Part shown: positions 47,428 to 56,876 of the stretch, one piece after another
Position numbering within the stretch: the first letter of the stretch is position 1
Layout of the letters: each line of letters begins with the position of its first letter
Assembly (NCBI GenBank): GCA_963713485.1
Contig: CAVQLW010000005.1
Location: 333,636 to 397,635 of the forward strand
DNA length: 64,000 nt
Reading direction: 5' to 3'
DNA from: Candidatus Dormiibacterota bacterium
GTDB lineage: Bacteria; Chloroflexota; Dormibacteria; Aeolococcales; Aeolococcaceae
Position numbers and translations under genes: made by a program
The notes under the pieces: generated by a model
Seen by the model: only the letters and a program-made list of their open reading frames with translations
What the model was told of the DNA's origin: nothing
The model's database searches: none

Positions 47428-49347
47428 ATGAAAATCATCAGCATGGTTCGCCCAGGCGGTGGAAACGCTCGTTCCGGCATCGTGAAACGAGCGAGCGTGG
47501 TCGCGTTCGGCGCGATGGCGATCGCGGCGTGCGGCAGCGCATCCACGTCACCGTCGGCCGGTACGTCAAGCCAGGTCAACCTTTTCAACCCAGCCACCTT
47601 CAACACCGCCAACGTTCCGTGGCTGGCGGCGAACAACAACGCCACAGGCGCCCCCGTCAGGGGCGGCACGCTGCTGATCGAAGGCAGCACCGACCTGTCG
47701 GCCGCCATGGATCCGCAGGGGGAGTACGAGACGATCGGGTCCACCCTCGAACGTGCCTACGCACGCCAGCTGGTGTCGTATCCCGCATCGACCAACCTGA
47801 CCAAGGCCGAGGCGATCGTCCCGGATGCAGCGGCGAGCCTGCCGACGGTCAGCTCCGATGGCCTCACGTACACGTTCACGCTGCGTCCGGGGATGATGTG
47901 GAACACGAATCCGCCGCGGCCGGTGACGTCCCAGGACTTCCAGCGTGGCATCCTGCGCAACTGCGATCCCACCCTGGCGCCGAACGGCAACCCCGGGTAC
48001 TACATCGCGACGATCGTGGGCTTCAAGGCGTTCTGCACCGCGTTCGAGACCTCGAGCCCGGCCGAGAGCGCCTCGGCGCGGGCCACGTTCATCAACAACG
48101 GCATGACGAGCGTCACCGGCATCAAGACCCCTGACGCGAGCACCATCGTGTTCACGCTCAACGAGCCGACGACGGACTTCGACAACCTCCTTGCGGAGCC
48201 GTTCACCTCGGCAGCCCCGGTCGAATACCTGAAGGACGTGCCGCTCACCCCGGGCAACGTGCTGTACTCCGACGGCCCATACAGGATCGCGACGTACAAC
48301 GTCGGGCACGAGATCATCCTCACCCGCAACCCCGAGTGGAGTCAGAGCACCGACCCGATCCGGCACGACTACGTGAACGAGATCGATGTCAAGCTCGACC
48401 TCGCCGGCGCGGCCGCGGCCACCGAGGTGCAGCAGGACCTGGCGGCCGGGACGGCAGACCTCCAGTGGAACACGATCGTGCCCACCGAGGATATCGCGGG
48501 CCTCGAGAGCCCCTCGTGGAACCCGCAGCTCGGTGTCTTCCCGGCACCGGGAAACACCAACCCGTACCTGGTCTTCAACATCAAGAGCCCGAACAACGAC
48601 GGGGCGCTCGCCAACGTGAAGGTTCGCCAGGCGCTGGAGTACGCGATCGACAAGGTGGCGATCAACAAGATCTACGGTGGGGCGAGCCTCAATCAGCCCC
48701 TCAACCAGGTGATCGCGCAAGGCGCCGAGGGCTACCAGGAGATCAACGACTACCCCACAGCGAACAACGAGGGCAACCCCGCCAAATGCAAGTCGCTCCT
48801 GAAGGCGGCCGGCTACCCCAATGGCTTGACGCTCAAGGACTACTACCGGAATAGCGGCAACCACCCGGCCGTGTACCAGGTGGTGCAGACAGACTTCGGG
48901 AAGTGCGGCGTCACCGTGGTCGGCGTGCCGATCGCGACCGGCTACTACGGTTCCTCGGGCATCAATGTCACTCCCACCTCGACCGGGTTCACCCCCGGCA
49001 AGTGGGACATCACCGAGCCGGGATGGGTTCCCGACTGGTTCGGCCCCAACAACGGCCGTGCGACCCTTCCCGACATCTTCGACGGCGCGCTCAACTACCC
49101 GGGCTCTGACTGGGGCGGGTACGACAGCGCGGCGGTGGATCAGCTGGTGAACGAGGCGGAGTCCGCGACCACGGTGGCGGCGGCGGCGAGCCTCTGGCAT
49201 CAGGCTGACGAGAAGGTCATGGCGGACGCGGCGTTCATCCCCTTCCAGACGCAGCTGACTCCGTTGTTCCGCTCGTCACGGCTGCACAACGCCATCTACG
49301 TCCCCTTCACCGAGCAGTACGACATCACCCAGGTCTGGCTGTCGTAA
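47428..49347 (+). CDS. ABC transporter substrate-binding lipoprotein, family 5, SBP2 (orphan)
   Basis: Lipobox AIAACGS and family-5 SBP length. No permease or ATPase genes follow. Confidence 0.8.
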   Translation: MKIISMVRPGGGNARSGIVKRASVVAFGAMAIAACGSASTSPSAGTSSQVNLFNPATFNTANVPWLAANNNATGAPVRGGTLLIEGSTDLSAAMDPQGEYETIGSTLERAYARQLVSYPASTNLTKAEAIVPDAAASLPTVSSDGLTYTFTLRPGMMWNTNPPRPVTSQDFQRGILRNCDPTLAPNGNPGYYIATIVGFKAFCTAFETSSPAESASARATFINNGMTSVTGIKTPDASTIVFTLNEPTTDFDNLLAEPFTSAAPVEYLKDVPLTPGNVLYSDGPYRIATYNVGHEIILTRNPEWSQSTDPIRHDYVNEIDVKLDLAGAAAATEVQQDLAAGTADLQWNTIVPTEDIAGLESPSWNPQLGVFPAPGNTNPYLVFNIKSPNNDGALANVKVRQALEYAIDKVAINKIYGGASLNQPLNQVIAQGAEGYQEINDYPTANNEGNPAKCKSLLKAAGYPNGLTLKDYYRNSGNHPAVYQVVQTDFGKCGVTVVGVPIATGYYGSSGINVTPTSTGFTPGKWDITEPGWVPDWFGPNNGRATLPDIFDGALNYPGSDWGGYDSAAVDQLVNEAESATTVAAAASLWHQADEKVMADAAFIPFQTQLTPLFRSSRLHNAIYVPFTEQYDITQVWLS

Positions 49348-49381
49348 CGACCCGCATCAGACAGCAATTCCCAAAGGTGAG

Positions 49382-49416
49382 GGATGCCCGCCGCGCGTGC
49401 GGCGGGCATCCTCTTT
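49382..49416 (+). terminator. rho-independent terminator
   Basis: GGATGCCCGCCGC-GCGT-GCGGCGGGCATCC, a 13-bp stem followed by TCTTT. An upstream CCAAAG can extend the pairing. Confidence 0.75.
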
Positions 49417-49441
49417 GGACGCCTTGGAGTGCAAGCCGCCA

Positions 49442-49996
49442 ATGCTGACGGGTTATGAGATTCGTGATGTGCGCACGCCGGCGCGCGGCGTCTCCCGCGA
49501 GCCGCGCACGCGGCGCTCAGAGGGCCGGTCGACCACGGCAGGCGACAGCACGGCGACCGTGGAGGCGTATTCAGTCTCCCGATTGATCACCATCGTCGCC
49601 ACGGTCGAACGCCGCGTTGAAGTGCTCCGTCGCTCGGTCGAGAAGATGCACGACGAACTCCGGACCCTCCGGCACGACGTTGATGCTCTGAGCAGGCGCG
49701 TCGCACCTCCCGGTGTCCCAGGGCGGATCTCGCTGACGACGCTGACTCGCCAGGAGCAGCGCATCGCCCTGCTGGTCGCGGATGGAATGAGCAATGTGGA
49801 GGTTGGGGCAGAGCTCCGCATCACCGCCGAAACCGTCAGGGGTCACCTGAAGAACGTGTTTCGCAAATTCGGGATCCGCTCTCGCTGGGAGCTCGCATAT
49901 CTATTGAGCGCTGAGAGCTGGCGATCAACATCGTCCTTGCAGACGGGAGCGACCGCGGCCCACGGCAGCGCAGCACCACCGCTCGATGTGATGTGA
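49442..49996 (+). CDS. LuxR-family HTH protein
   Basis: LTRQEQRIALLVADGMSNVEVGAELRITAETVRGHLKNVFRKFG. The start was moved downstream of the terminator hairpin and is uncertain. Confidence 0.65.
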   Translation: MLTGYEIRDVRTPARGVSREPRTRRSEGRSTTAGDSTATVEAYSVSRLITIVATVERRVEVLRRSVEKMHDELRTLRHDVDALSRRVAPPGVPGRISLTTLTRQEQRIALLVADGMSNVEVGAELRITAETVRGHLKNVFRKFGIRSRWELAYLLSAESWRSTSSLQTGATAAHGSAAPPLDVM

Positions 49997-50020
49997 CGGA
50001 CGCAGAACGGTGCGGCTGAT

Positions 50021-51508
50021 CTAGGCTGCGGATGTCCGCTGCAGGCCGCGGATGATCTCCGCAAGGACGCTGACGCCGCGGGTGAGCGCGCATTCATCGG
50101 ATCCACCGAAGCCGAGCAGCAGGCCGGTGCGAGACCCGGGGCCGGCATAGCAGGCCGACAGTGCCTTGGGATACATCCCGTGTTCGGCTGCGCGCCGGAC
50201 CACCTCACGGTCGTCAACTCCGGTGGGGAGCGCCGCCACGAGGTGCGTGCCCGCACTGACATCCGCAAGCGTGAGCACGTCTGCCGCGTGCTCGCGAACT
50301 GCGGTGATCAGCGCGTCCCGTCGCGTGCTGTAGACGAATCGCATGCGATGGAGGTGACGCGCGAAGTGGCCCTGCTGGAGGAAGTCGGTGAGGGCGAGCT
50401 GATAGAGGGCGGGCGGGCAGATGTCAAGCCCTTCACGAATGCGAACAAGCCTGGCGGACAACGCACGTGGCACCACCATGTACCCGAGGCGCAGCGCGGG
50501 AAAGAGGGCCTGGCTGAAGGTGCCGACATAGATCACCCGTGCGCTGACATCCATGCCCTGCAGGGCGCCGAGTGGCCGGCTCGAGTACTGGTACTCGCTG
50601 TCGTAGTCGTTCTCCACGACCCACACATCGTGGCGAGCCGCCCAACTCAGCAGCTCAATGCGACGGACCATCTCCAAGGAGGATCCGAGCGGATACTGAT
50701 GCGAGGGCGTGACGAACACCGCCTTGATGGGAAAGGGGATCCGCCTGATGGCGGCCACATCGATGCCGTCGTCATCGACAGCGACCGGGACGGCCGTGAC
50801 TCCGGCGAGAGCGAGCATGTGCCGGACGCCCGGGTAGCCCGGCTCTTCAATGCAGACGCACGAATCGGGGGTCGTCAGCGCGAGCGCGCTGATGACCAGC
50901 CCCATCTGCGATCCGCTGACGACGAGCACCTGATCGGCGTCGCAGTCGACGGCCCGCACCGTGCGCAGGTAGTCGGCGATCGCCTGACGCAGCGGAGGGT
51001 ATCCGGCCGGGTCGCCGTACCCAAGCAGCGCAGCAGGGTGCGTGACGGCATGGTGCCGGAGCAGCCGCGAGAAGATCCGGCGAGGGAACCGATCGAGGGC
51101 AGGCACGCCGACCGCGAAGAGCCCGGGCTTGTCGCCGGCAGGCGGGCCATCGTCGACCGACGGGCGTGGCGACGTGCAATTCAGCGCTCGCGGAGGCGGC
51201 TCACCGACAGTGACGGGTTTACGGAGGTCATCAGGGATCGGCTCTCGAACGAAGGTGCCAGACCCCACCACGCAGACGAGATACCCGTCCTCGCGGAGTT
51301 GCTCGAACGCAGCCACGACCGGAAAGCGTGAAACCTGCAACTCCTCCGCGAGGATGCGACTCGATGGCAGTCGCTGCCCGGGTGAGAGCTGGCCCGAGAT
51401 GATCGCATCGCGATACCCGTTGTAGATCTGCGTGTAGTAGGGCACACCCGAGCGCAGCTCGAAGGGAAAGAGCGGAGTGATGCCGATACCTGATGCCCTG
51501 GGCCCCAC
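50021..51508 (-). CDS. MocR-type regulator (GntR HTH plus aminotransferase-like domain), copy 2
   Basis: [52 protein letters not shown] and TFSQALFPALRLGY. Confidence 0.8.
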   Translation of the reverse strand: MGPRASGIGITPLFPFELRSGVPYYTQIYNGYRDAIISGQLSPGQRLPSSRILAEELQVSRFPVVAAFEQLREDGYLVCVVGSGTFVREPIPDDLRKPVTVGEPPPRALNCTSPRPSVDDGPPAGDKPGLFAVGVPALDRFPRRIFSRLLRHHAVTHPAALLGYGDPAGYPPLRQAIADYLRTVRAVDCDADQVLVVSGSQMGLVISALALTTPDSCVCIEEPGYPGVRHMLALAGVTAVPVAVDDDGIDVAAIRRIPFPIKAVFVTPSHQYPLGSSLEMVRRIELLSWAARHDVWVVENDYDSEYQYSSRPLGALQGMDVSARVIYVGTFSQALFPALRLGYMVVPRALSARLVRIREGLDICPPALYQLALTDFLQQGHFARHLHRMRFVYSTRRDALITAVREHAADVLTLADVSAGTHLVAALPTGVDDREVVRRAAEHGMYPKALSACYAGPGSRTGLLLGFGGSDECALTRGVSVLAEIIRGLQRTSAA

Positions 51509-51578
51509 GCGTCCTCCTCGTCATGGCTTGACAAGAAGTTGGACTGTGGCGAGGACCGAAATGCATCGGTCGCCAGGA

Positions 51579-52577
51579 TTACAGGTCGAGCCGAGGCGGC
51601 AGGCCGAACAGCGGGAAGAGCCGCTGCGTGTCCAGGAAGAACGTGAACTCGGCGATGCCCGTACCCTTCCAGTCGAGGACCTGGAGTGCCCACGGGTCGA
51701 AACCGCTGCCGGATGCGGCCGGCTTGTACTGGCCAAAAGCCATGCTTCCGTTGGCGTCGGGCGCCGGGAGCAAGCGCGATCCCTGACACACGATGCCGGG
51801 GCCGAACCACCATCCGAGGATGTCGTCGCGACCGGACAGCCACAGGTCGAACGGCGGCATCGACTGCTTCGCGTCCTGGTGAATCAGCGCCATGAGTGCA
51901 TCGAGGTCGTAGGCCTCGAACGCGCGCACGTAGCGTGCGAGCAGCTCACGTTGCGCCACTTCGGTCGTCAGCGGCGTGGTGTCGGCGTCGAGCCCGGCGG
52001 CAGCGATGGTGGTCCGGGCACGTTGCAGTGCACTCCTCACGGACGCCACGGTCGTATCCAGGAATTCGGCAACCTCGGCCGTGTTCGAGCGGAGGACCTC
52101 ACAGAGGATGAGGACTGCGCGCTGGCGGGGTGGAAGGTGCTGCAGCGCGGCCACGAACGCGAGCCGGATCGTCTCGTGGGCCACCGCAAGATCGGCCGGA
52201 TCGGCGGCCGAGGTGTGGGTCGTCGCCGGTATCGGCTCGATCCACCTCACCTCGGGACGGAGGTGCAGGTTGGATTCCAACGGCGCCTGCGCCGGCGTGA
52301 GATCCATCGGTGTGGCACGGCGCTCCCGACCCTTCAGGAGATCGAGGCAGACGTTCGTGGCGATGCGGTACAGCCAGGAACGGACCGCGGCGCGGCCCTC
52401 GAACTGCTCGTACCCGCGCCAGGCGCGGAGGAGGGTCTCCTGCACGGCGTCCTCCGCCTCGAACGGCGATGCCAGCATCCGGTAGCAGTAGCTGGTGAGC
52501 GACGCGCGGTGGCGCTCCAACTCTCCCTCGATCTCATCGAGCTCGAGACTGAACGTTGCCTCCCGCATGGCACTCAT
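51579..52577 (-). CDS. ECF-type sigma-70 factor with a C-terminal SnoaL/NTF2-like extension (SigG/SigJ type)
   Basis: Region 2 AEDAVQETLLRAWRGYEQFEGRAAVRSWLYRIATNVCLDLL, region 4 LPPRQRAVLILCEVL...EVAEFLDTTVASVRSALQRAR, and a tail of about 130 aa. Confidence 0.8.
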   Translation of the reverse strand: MSAMREATFSLELDEIEGELERHRASLTSYCYRMLASPFEAEDAVQETLLRAWRGYEQFEGRAAVRSWLYRIATNVCLDLLKGRERRATPMDLTPAQAPLESNLHLRPEVRWIEPIPATTHTSAADPADLAVAHETIRLAFVAALQHLPPRQRAVLILCEVLRSNTAEVAEFLDTTVASVRSALQRARTTIAAAGLDADTTPLTTEVAQRELLARYVRAFEAYDLDALMALIHQDAKQSMPPFDLWLSGRDDILGWWFGPGIVCQGSRLLPAPDANGSMAFGQYKPAASGSGFDPWALQVLDWKGTGIAEFTFFLDTQRLFPLFGLPPRLDL

Positions 52578-52990
52578 GACGCGCGCTGCCTCGTGGTCGG
52601 CACGGGGTCTGCCATCACGTTGAAAGCCGATCTCTGAGTGCCGTCAGCCATTGAGCACATCCCTGAACAAATGAGACCTCTGGCGTTCGTTTTCAGGAAA
52701 GATCATACGTCGCCTACCGGTCATCGAAAGCCCGGTTGCCGTCGACGGAACTCGATCGTGGCGAGATCCACCACCCTCCAGCCCAGCGCCGCTCAGGCCG
52801 CATGAGCGCTAGCTCCGGCGCCACGAGCGCACGGCCGTTTGGCCCGGTCAGGTTGAGGGCTTCCGCCTCTTGTCCTGATCCGGGACCGAACACAGAATGG
52901 CCCCCACGGTTGCGACACTGTGAAGTGCTCGGATGGTTCGAGCCTCCCCAGCCCGACGTGGCAAGGTCAACTTGAGCCGGAGGACGCAGC

Positions 52991-53245
52991 ATGCAAGCGT
53001 CGGCACACGTCGGGACGAGGCGGGAGATCCACTTCGCCCTCGACTTCAGTGATCACACGGTTGCGACCATCGCCGCACACGTGGGATTCCCCCTCACTGA
53101 CGATGAGATCGCGGTTGTCCTCGATCACATCGACCGCGAGCTCAACCATCTGGCGCGATCCGTGACCCTCGATGCGGTCCATGCAAGGATCGCCGAGCTG
53201 GTTCGGGTGGTTCAGAGCGTGAGTCACGCATCCGACGGTGCCTGA
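52991..53245 (+). CDS. hypothetical small acidic protein
   Basis: GGAGGA SD, 84 aa. Confidence 0.4.
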   Translation: MQASAHVGTRREIHFALDFSDHTVATIAAHVGFPLTDDEIAVVLDHIDRELNHLARSVTLDAVHARIAELVRVVQSVSHASDGA

Positions 53246-53264
53246 CCCCAGGAGGTGATGGGGC

Positions 53265-53477
53265 ATGGGAAAGGTGACTTCCTTCCACACCGATTCGGAG
53301 TGGTACGGCGCTGAGGAGCAGCGCAGATACCACGATCAGGCGCACTGCGGGTTCGGAGCGCGAGTGAAGCGCGATCATCACGACATCGCGGGGGTTGGTG
53401 TCAGCCGGCACCTCTGCAAGGAGTGCGCAAGGCTCGATGCCGAGCGCCGAAAATACGACGCGCGTATCGACCAGTGA
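53265..53477 (+). CDS. small Cys/His protein (YH..C.FG...G.G..R.LC..C pattern)
   Basis: RRYHDQAHCGFGARV...GVGVSRHLCKECARL resembles a recurrent uncharacterised actinobacterial small-protein pattern (from memory). Confidence 0.45.
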   Translation: MGKVTSFHTDSEWYGAEEQRRYHDQAHCGFGARVKRDHHDIAGVGVSRHLCKECARLDAERRKYDARIDQ

Positions 53478-53854
53478 CCAGGTTCTTCGTTCCGGGCACG
53501 TCAGGAGAGGAGGCGGAGCTCGTCTATGCGCGCCTGGCTGCAGGCTGTGGCCGTGATGTCCCGGTGCCCGGCGACCGGATTCACGAGATCCAATGGACAC
53601 GGGACAGCGACTATTGGGTGGCGACCGTCGGGGTTCAGCTTCGCGGCCGAAGAGTTCGGGTCGGGCGGCGTGCCGGTGAGTACATCGAGATCTCCGAGCA
53701 GCTGCAAGACCTTGCAACGGTTCGCGCCATCTTCCCGGGAGACCCGTACATGGTGGTCACCGACGCCCGCCGGCTGGGGCCGTTCATCTCCTACTGGAAC
53801 AACCCATTCACGGTCGGCCAGCCGACAGACATCGTGAAGTTCGAGCACCCATAG
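53474..53854 (+). CDS. hypothetical protein
   Basis: The GTG overlaps the upstream stop (GTGA). 126 aa. Confidence 0.4.
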   Translation: MTRFFVPGTSGEEAELVYARLAAGCGRDVPVPGDRIHEIQWTRDSDYWVATVGVQLRGRRVRVGRRAGEYIEISEQLQDLATVRAIFPGDPYMVVTDARRLGPFISYWNNPFTVGQPTDIVKFEHP

Positions 53855-53986
53855 AAGCCGGGGCCAACGCATCCTTCGGTTCCCAAGGCTGTTCCGTGCC
53901 CACATTTGTGACTTTAGGCCCTAGTCCGACCGCCGAAACCAGCACAGATGATCTGGTATTCGCAGGGATAAGGGGAATGACCGGAG

Positions 53987-54400
53987 ATGTTCGACCGCAA
54001 AGCGACGTACTCGTGCGCCTTCACGGGCAAGGAACCCTCGCTCGATCCTGAAATCTCGCGAGCCCTCGATTGGCTCGACGAGCGCTTCGCTGCAGAGAGA
54101 ATCCTGGTCGTGACACCGACCGTCGAGAGCGGCCGCGCGTCAGCCGTGCTGACCTCGCGGGCGAGCGAACTGGAGTCGGTCTCGGCGGACGCATTGCGGG
54201 GCGGGTATCACTGGGCGGGCGGTCGTGCGTTGGCGCTGTGGCCGACGGAGGGTGTGCTCGAAGAACTGGACCGCCACCCGCACGTCAGCGCCCTGGCGGT
54301 GATCCCGTGGCGCCTCAGCGAGTTAGGCGCGTGGATGCGAGCCCGTCAACCACTCGATCTGCTTGGCACCAACCCGGAAGAAGCAGGTCGGAAAGCCTAG
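53987..54400 (+). CDS. hypothetical protein
   Basis: 137-aa ORF with no recognisable motif. Confidence 0.4.
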   Translation: MFDRKATYSCAFTGKEPSLDPEISRALDWLDERFAAERILVVTPTVESGRASAVLTSRASELESVSADALRGGYHWAGGRALALWPTEGVLEELDRHPHVSALAVIPWRLSELGAWMRARQPLDLLGTNPEEAGRKA

Positions 54401-54975
54401 AGCACCCTTGACCCGATACCCGGGTATTCGATGATCAGCCCAGACCCGTCGTAGACGAGGACTGCTTTGAAGTCGAACGCGGGTGCATGGTAGTCATAGC
54501 GAAGCGAAGCCCCGTCATCGATCAATGAATAGCGCTGTTCCAGCCGTTGGACGCTCAGGTCGAGGGCGCGGATGTAGGCTGCGGGTGCATCGGCCGACTG
54601 ACCGACGCCAAGTTGCAGGCGGTGCACGGGAATGGTGTTGGTGCAACACGACGACTCGAGGTCGACATCGATGCAACCATCCAGCTCGGGGACAACTGCA
54701 CCATTGACCGTCCAGTGACCGGCGGGATCTGTGGCGAGCCGCGCGGTTCGACTGCCCAAAGGCGACCAACCCCAGACCCGAACCTCGCTGGTCATCCAGC
54801 GTTGGTTGAGCGTGATCGCATAGCGAACCACCCATGGGCGATTGTCTTCCGTCGCGACTGTGTGCCCATCAAGCCGATAGCCGGCGTCATCGCTGTGGAT
54901 GAACACTGCCTCATATCCATCATGAAAGCCGCTGTGACGCCAGGCGGCACTCGCTGGGAGATCTACGAGCGACAT
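54397..54975 (-). CDS. putative glycolipid-binding domain protein (PF06475-like)
   Basis: AAWRHSGFHDGYEAVF...VVRYAITLNQRWMTSEVRV...CIDVDLESSCCTNTIPVHRL. Start at an internal Met of ORF 54397..55089. Confidence 0.55.
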   Translation of the reverse strand: MSLVDLPASAAWRHSGFHDGYEAVFIHSDDAGYRLDGHTVATEDNRPWVVRYAITLNQRWMTSEVRVWGWSPLGSRTARLATDPAGHWTVNGAVVPELDGCIDVDLESSCCTNTIPVHRLQLGVGQSADAPAAYIRALDLSVQRLEQRYSLIDDGASLRYDYHAPAFDFKAVLVYDGSGLIIEYPGIGSRVL

Positions 54976-55004
54976 GCCACAACTGCTCTTGCTACCACGT
55001 GGTT

Positions 55005-56408
55005 TTAGGCGGTCGTACCGAGCGCCGGCGCACCGGAGTCGATGTGCGTGACAAGGTGCGTCACGGCCAATGCCCGCCACGGTCGCCACCGTTCTGCCGT
55101 CGCCTCGACCGCTCCGATTGAGGGTGCGACCTGCTGCAAGGCACGTCGCACCACCGGGTCCGCATGCGGAAAAGCGTCGTGATACCCGAGGCGCAGCGCG
55201 ATCTGATGCGCCGTGCTCTTCTCAATTCCGCGGATCGCGACCAGAGAGGAGATCAGTTCGTCGAGGCTTGCTGAGCCGTCCAGGCGAACGGCGTCTGTCG
55301 TGACCGCCGACGCGAAAGCGGTGATGGTATCGGCAAGTGGTCGAGGCAGGTACCACGCTGCGAGATCGGATTCGGCGATTGTGTCCGCGGACGGGAACAC
55401 GTGCGTGAGATTGTGTGGAAGGCCAGGAATGTGGGTGCCGTAGGCGCGGGTGATGGCCGCGAGGCCGTCCCGCATGGATGCGCCATCGAGCGTCTGACTG
55501 ACGATCGCCTGGACGCCCGCCTCGAACGGACCCCACGCGCCTGGGATTCGCAGGCCCGCCTGTCGTTTGATGATCGCGGACACCACCGAGTCTGTGGCGA
55601 GATGCCGCTCTCCTGCGACGACATCGGCATCGACGCCCACCATGCGCGCGGCGCGTTCGACCACGTGGATCAATCCTTCCCAATATGGAAGGTGAGCACG
55701 CAGCAGCAGGTGGTCGACACCACCGACGCTCAGTTCGAGCATGCCGGGATCGCCGTCGAGCACGATGGAGCGCCGATACACGCCGCCCTCCACCAACTCC
55801 ACGCCGGGGATCGCACGTCGCGACAGCTGGCCCAGGATTGCCTCCCACTCGAACGGCGGGTCGAACGGCAGGCGGAGCGTGAGACCTCCATCCGCGATCA
55901 GCCGGTCACTCTGACGACGGCGCTTGCGCAGATCACGAGGTGCAGCACGGAAGACGTCCCGCATCGCTCGGTTGAAGTGCCGGACACTGCTGAAGCCGGA
56001 TGCGAAGGCGATCTGTGTGATGGTCAGGTCGGTGTCGTCGAGCAGGCGGCGCGCGAAATGTGCGCGACGGGACTGAGCGAGCTGCGACGGCGTGACACCG
56101 ACGTACTCGGCGAACATTCGCCGGAGGTGACGCGCCGACACGGCGAGGCGCCGGCCGAGCGCCGCCTCATTGTCCTCGTCGAGCGCGCCGGCGATGATCA
56201 GCTGGACCGCACGGCAGACCAGTTCGGGAGCGTTCGGCGCGACATTGCCGGCTGTCCGGTAGGGACGGCACCGCAGACACGCCCTGTAGCCGGCGGCCTC
56301 GGCTGTCGCCGCCAACTCGAAGGTCGTCACGTTCTCGGCACGCGGTCGTGCGCTGCACCCCGGCCGGCAGTAGATGCCCGTGGTTCGCACCGCCGAGTAC
56401 GTGGTCAT
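55005..56408 (-). CDS. Ada-type Zn-finger / AraC HTH / AlkA DNA-3-methyladenine glycosylase II fusion
   Basis: GIYCRPGCSARP...CLRCRP (Ada Zn-binding), then the AraC HTH (ITQIAFASGFSSVRHFNRAMR), then AlkA_N plus an HhH-GPD-like C-terminus. Confidence 0.75.
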   Translation of the reverse strand: MTTYSAVRTTGIYCRPGCSARPRAENVTTFELAATAEAAGYRACLRCRPYRTAGNVAPNAPELVCRAVQLIIAGALDEDNEAALGRRLAVSARHLRRMFAEYVGVTPSQLAQSRRAHFARRLLDDTDLTITQIAFASGFSSVRHFNRAMRDVFRAAPRDLRKRRRQSDRLIADGGLTLRLPFDPPFEWEAILGQLSRRAIPGVELVEGGVYRRSIVLDGDPGMLELSVGGVDHLLLRAHLPYWEGLIHVVERAARMVGVDADVVAGERHLATDSVVSAIIKRQAGLRIPGAWGPFEAGVQAIVSQTLDGASMRDGLAAITRAYGTHIPGLPHNLTHVFPSADTIAESDLAAWYLPRPLADTITAFASAVTTDAVRLDGSASLDELISSLVAIRGIEKSTAHQIALRLGYHDAFPHADPVVRRALQQVAPSIGAVEATAERWRPWRALAVTHLVTHIDSGAPALGTTA

Positions 56409-56576
56409 GCCTGCTGTTATACGTGCCGCGCACCGGAACTTCCGGCCCGATTCGGACGTCTGTCCGGATCCGGCCAATCCTCGACCAGATCCGGCCAGAC
56501 CCGAGCCTGCGAACCGCGGAGCATTACCACCGTCGAAAGCGCGCTCATGCGCTTCGGAGACGTGAAGGAGCACATC

Positions 56577-56873
56577 ATGCTGGCAAAGGTCTTCCCGATT
56601 GAGCTCAAGCCAGGCCGCCAGGCGGAAGCCGAGGCCATCGTGCAGGAGTTCGCGCCCATCGGTCCCGGACAAGAGGACGGCACGCTGTCGTTTCGCGTGT
56701 ACCGCGACAAGAAGCGCCCCGACTATCTGCTGTTCGTCGAGCATTTCGCCGACCAGGCGGCGTACGACACACATACGGGATCGAGTGCCTATCAGCGCCT
56801 CGTCGCCGGGCAGTTCGCGCAACTCATCGTCGAGTTCATCGAGCTCGACCACGAGCTGCTCGTCAGCCTCTGA
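56577..56873 (+). CDS. antibiotic-biosynthesis-monooxygenase (ABM) domain protein
   Basis: GAAGGAG SD. 98 aa with LLFVEHFADQAAYDTHTGSSAYQRL. Confidence 0.6.
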   Translation: MLAKVFPIELKPGRQAEAEAIVQEFAPIGPGQEDGTLSFRVYRDKKRPDYLLFVEHFADQAAYDTHTGSSAYQRLVAGQFAQLIVEFIELDHELLVSL

Positions 56874-56876
56874 TCC

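Noticed and set aside
52921-52965. tRNA or tRNA-fragment (att-site-like) signal, from the GGTTCGAGCC T-loop-like string
   Set aside because: I could not pair an acceptor stem or a clean 5-bp T-stem around it, and there is no anticodon or D-arm context. I kept it only as a remark in the islet finding.
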